Source: an archaeon (GTDB lineage: Archaea > EX4484-52 > B79-G9). From it: a DNA stretch of 58,707 nucleotides. Shown piece after piece: positions 56,153-58,707 of the stretch. The translations under genes and the position numbers were made by a program. Below the pieces are notes generated by a model. That model had not been told where the DNA came from and did not search any database. It was given only the letters and a program-made list of their open reading frames with translations. The stretch spans positions 1-58,707 of the forward strand of contig JBDRKP010000067.1 in assembly GCA_043813875.1 (NCBI GenBank), written 5' to 3'. Each line of letters starts with the position of its first letter. The stretch's first letter is position 1.

Positions 56153-56704
56153 TCAGACGACCTTAAGCAGATCCGCCTTCGTGATGATTCCAAGAATCTT
56201 CTCTTTCTTCGTGATTATTGCAGCCTGATTATGCTTCAGCAACGGCAGAACAGCCTTCAGCGGCGTATCTTCATTGATTGTGGGATACGCATCATCCATC
56301 ACGTCCTCCACCCGAAGATTTGAAAGATTCGTATCCTCAAGCTCAATGACCTTATCCAGGATGGACTTCTCAGATATGCTTCCGACAATAAGACCAAGAG
56401 AAGTGACAGGAATCTGCGACAATTCATATTTTTTCATCGTTTTTATAGCTTCACTCACAAGATTTTCCTTCTCCACCGTTATGACCCTCTTATTCATTAT
56501 ATCCCTGGCAGTCAGCCCTTGCTTGGTCTCGATATAATCCAGCACCTCAAAAAGCTTCTGCATTGCAGAATAAGACGGCTCTATCTTGTTCGCCTCGATC
56601 TTGGCAACAAGAGACTGTGAGACTCCGGCCTTCAGCGCAAGCTCAGACTGAGTGATACCGGCCTTCTTCCTGCGCTGCTTGATCTCAGAAATATTCGGGA
56701 GCAT
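56153..56704 (-). CDS. XRE-type HTH plus CBS-pair domain regulator
   Basis: KAGITQSELALKAGVSQSLVAKIEANK (HTH_3), followed by two CBS units (IMNKRVITV...; VMDDAYPTI...). The ATG at 56704 is preferred to the GTG at 56725. Confidence 0.8.
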   Translation of the reverse strand: MLPNISEIKQRRKKAGITQSELALKAGVSQSLVAKIEANKIEPSYSAMQKLFEVLDYIETKQGLTARDIMNKRVITVEKENLVSEAIKTMKKYELSQIPVTSLGLIVGSISEKSILDKVIELEDTNLSNLRVEDVMDDAYPTINEDTPLKAVLPLLKHNQAAIITKKEKILGIITKADLLKVV

Positions 56705-56933
56705 AGAGACAATAATAACACACACATCTTTTTATTCTTTTCGGAATATACGAGTGACACAAATTGGATTTAACCCAAAAGAATAAATTTTCTGTTTTAC
56801 TTAATTTTTTAAAAATGTTTGGAACATCATCATTATATATAGTTATCGTCAATACTATTAAGTAACAGTATTGTTAAATGGATACATATATATACTAGGA
56901 GAATTAATATGATATTAAAAGGAGTGTTATACC

Positions 56934-56957
56934 GGGTCTGCCAAAAATTTCCGTGAT
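56934..56957. repeat. IS terminal inverted repeat (left)
   Basis: See the mobile_element entry. Confidence 0.75.
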
Positions 56958-57151
56958 AATGGGTATTTTTTGTAAAATTCCTCCCAGAACCAGAGCAGAA
57001 ATTTTGTGTCAAATCGTTTTACGACAAAATTTCAGGTAAAATTTCTCACTCAAACCCAAATTATATCAGAAAAAGCCCGCGAAGGCACACATTATTGCAA
57101 AAATTACATCAGTGCATCTATTCCAAATAATTCGTCGCGAAAAACGAAGAA

Positions 57152-58588
57152 TCAAATAACAGTCAATGCAGTAATTATTCCAAAAACCGCAGCCAATCGC
57201 GGTATCGAGAATTGCTCAAATAGCTTTATAGCTCCTTTACGAAGTCTCCTGAATTTGAAAAAAATGTCCAGTGCCTCATTCGAATGGAAACCATTTTTAG
57301 CAGGCCCATTGAGCGTAGAGCCGAAAAAGCCCTCCATTATGTTATTGGTCAAATACTCGCCATCAGAGCCGGTAAACAACTCGAAGTTGTCCTCTATTTT
57401 TTGAATCCTTGCCGCAATCCTTTTCGGATACAAGTTACTCACACGAATTACATTTTCCAGCTGCTTCTTCGCATCTTCTTTTTTCCTGACGATGAGTGTT
57501 TCCTTATTTCGCTTTCGCCTTAATTTATCCTCATGCAGATGTTTCCTGAACAGAGCCATTAGCTTCTTTTCGTATTGCCGTACAAGATATGCGATCTTAT
57601 CATCTACGGTCTTGCACTTCCCTGGAAATGAAATTCCCGATTTAATATCCTCAAGGATATCGATTTTTACCAGGCTTTCTTTGTAGGCATTGAGCATTTT
57701 CTGAAACTTTTTCAATATTTTGAGTTCTTGTTCGCGATTATAGAATATATTGAATATTGAATAGAGGTTGAGGTAGTGAACAATAGACCACTTTACCTTC
57801 TTGCCGACTTTCAGGCATTCGCGATATTCTTTGAGAATCATCTTATTGAGATGAAATATGCAGTACTGGAGCTTTATTTTATTGCCAAAGACATCTTTGA
57901 ACACACCAGGATACATTGGCGCCATGTCAAAGACAAAGCCTTTAGGGATCTTGTCACCGAATACGCTTTTTAGGATGCCTGCGAGAATTTCTTGTGTCAA
58001 TGTGTCATGTTTCTGTTCGTATATCACGTTGCTGTTCGCGTAATCAATTATCACGATTCTAAATGCACTTTTGCCGTTGATTTTTATGTGCTGCTCGTCA
58101 TACCCGTAAAAGCCTCCAGAGATTATGATTTCTGGATCGAGATCATCTAATTCGTTGAGACGATTTTCACAGATATGCCTAACGGTTTCTGAATCAATCG
58201 GGATGTCATATACTTCTGAAAGATGTTGAGATATGTGGGGGTAGCTCATGCATTTTTCGCGCAATGATATGACATTTGATTCGATAAATTGGTTTGAATC
58301 ACGGATCATGGCATCAATATATTCATTCTCGACCATTATCGTTTTGTCGCATTTTTTGCAGTATTGCTGGCCCTTCTTGAAGAATGCATCGATTGACCGC
58401 GAGGCGATATTGCCGGATTTGTTCGAGCCGTTATAATTGCAGATACTTCCGCAATGAGGGCAACTTTGGCGGGATGTATGGATGACGCCGCATGCGCTAA
58501 TGACGAGCGGGACACCGTTTTGTGATGCATAATCGTACATCAAAGTAATATGCCCATAGTTTTTTAATGTTGGTTGATACAATATCAT
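57152..58588 (-). CDS. Transposase (N-terminal zinc ribbon plus DDE-type catalytic core; family not assigned)
   Basis: The ATG at 58588 is preceded by AGGAGGGG. The zinc ribbon reads CPHCGS...(x29)...CKKCDK. Candidate catalytic residues are in YGYDEQH, FVFDMAPMY and NNIMEGFF, and the segment LQYCIFHLNK after the second Asp resembles IS256/ISL3/IS1595-type cores. Confidence 0.7.
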   Translation of the reverse strand: MILYQPTLKNYGHITLMYDYASQNGVPLVISACGVIHTSRQSCPHCGSICNYNGSNKSGNIASRSIDAFFKKGQQYCKKCDKTIMVENEYIDAMIRDSNQFIESNVISLREKCMSYPHISQHLSEVYDIPIDSETVRHICENRLNELDDLDPEIIISGGFYGYDEQHIKINGKSAFRIVIIDYANSNVIYEQKHDTLTQEILAGILKSVFGDKIPKGFVFDMAPMYPGVFKDVFGNKIKLQYCIFHLNKMILKEYRECLKVGKKVKWSIVHYLNLYSIFNIFYNREQELKILKKFQKMLNAYKESLVKIDILEDIKSGISFPGKCKTVDDKIAYLVRQYEKKLMALFRKHLHEDKLRRKRNKETLIVRKKEDAKKQLENVIRVSNLYPKRIAARIQKIEDNFELFTGSDGEYLTNNIMEGFFGSTLNGPAKNGFHSNEALDIFFKFRRLRKGAIKLFEQFSIPRLAAVFGIITALTVI

Positions 58589-58683
58589 TGAAGTCCCCTC
58601 CTGTTGTTTTTGCGATAATATGTTGGGGAACTTCACTCTTATTATTATCTGTTGTTGATTGGTTGGTTTTTCGAGGTTATTCC

Positions 58684-58707
58684 ATCACGGAGAAATTAGG
58701 CAGACCC
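58684..58707. repeat. IS terminal inverted repeat (right; ends at the last base of the window)
   Basis: ATCACGGAGAAATTAGGCAGACCC is the reverse-complement match to 56934-56957. Confidence 0.75.

Larger units (their letters stand above)
56934..58707 (-). mobile_element. Insertion sequence (~1.77 kb) bounded by 24-bp imperfect terminal inverted repeats. The right end coincides with the window end.
   Basis: IR-left is GGGTCTGCCAAAAATTTCCGTGAT. The reverse complement of IR-right is GGGTCTGCCTAATTTCTCCGTGAT (20/24 identical, with the outer 9 and inner 8 perfect). A single long transposase-like ORF lies inside, and the element is lower in GC than its flanks. Confidence 0.75.

Noticed and set aside
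57006-57404. 132-aa + strand ORF inside the IS element
   Set aside because: It is largely antisense to the 3' end of the transposase gene and has no motifs, so it is likely spurious.
1-58707. CRISPR arrays, rRNA genes, further tRNAs, inteins
   Set aside because: I found no regularly spaced identical repeats of 24-40 bp and no rRNA-like stretches. There is no second T-loop or acceptor pattern outside coding regions. MCM, RFC, NrdD and Top6 have normal lengths with no Hint/LAGLIDADG-like insertions. This visual scan could miss short or degenerate elements.

Overview
This 58.7-kb fragment of an archaeal chromosome is almost entirely coding. All calls come from reading the translated ORFs and the DNA by eye, and no database search was run. 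Archaeal hallmarks include PCNA, RFC large subunit, MCM, an RPA-like OB-fold protein, topoisomerase VI A/B, TBP, TFS, RpoL, aIF1A, aIF2-beta, r-proteins L15e and S26e, FtsZ, the tRNA-splicing endonuclease and an intron-containing tRNA-Phe. Sparse metabolism, two huge sequon-rich surface proteins and a type IV pilus locus suggest a small-genome, DPANN-like uncultivated archaeon, but that is inference only. Other housekeeping genes present are GGPP synthase, SAH hydrolase, CoaBC, SerB, HtpX, rhomboid and signal peptidase. The main items are as follows. (1) A class III ribonucleotide reductase operon whose NrdD carries a full-length NrdR-like module at its N-terminus. Its glycyl-radical C-terminus lies in a 59-aa ORF in the -1 frame, reachable through an A7/G5 homopolymer run, and this ORF is below the 60-aa cutoff of the ORF track. 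(2) A 2774-aa surface protein gene, translationally coupled to a small wHTH gene, that ends in a cytoplasmic tail with two tandem zinc ribbons. A second, 5'-truncated giant protein shares the same membrane-proximal architecture. (3) A type IV pilus/archaellum-like locus (FlaI-like ATPase, split FlaJ, two class-III-signal pilins) interrupted by a divergent KaiC-like / V4R / 2x small-membrane-protein module. I flag this as the best candidate for an undescribed regulatory system. (4) An array of three related short-loop palindromes plus a terminator-like hairpin in the SpoIIM-like/GGPPS intergenic spacer. (5) A class II Fic gene next to a low-GC unknown gene. (6) An IS element with 24-bp imperfect terminal inverted repeats whose outer end coincides exactly with the window end. 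I saw no CRISPR array and no rRNA gene.
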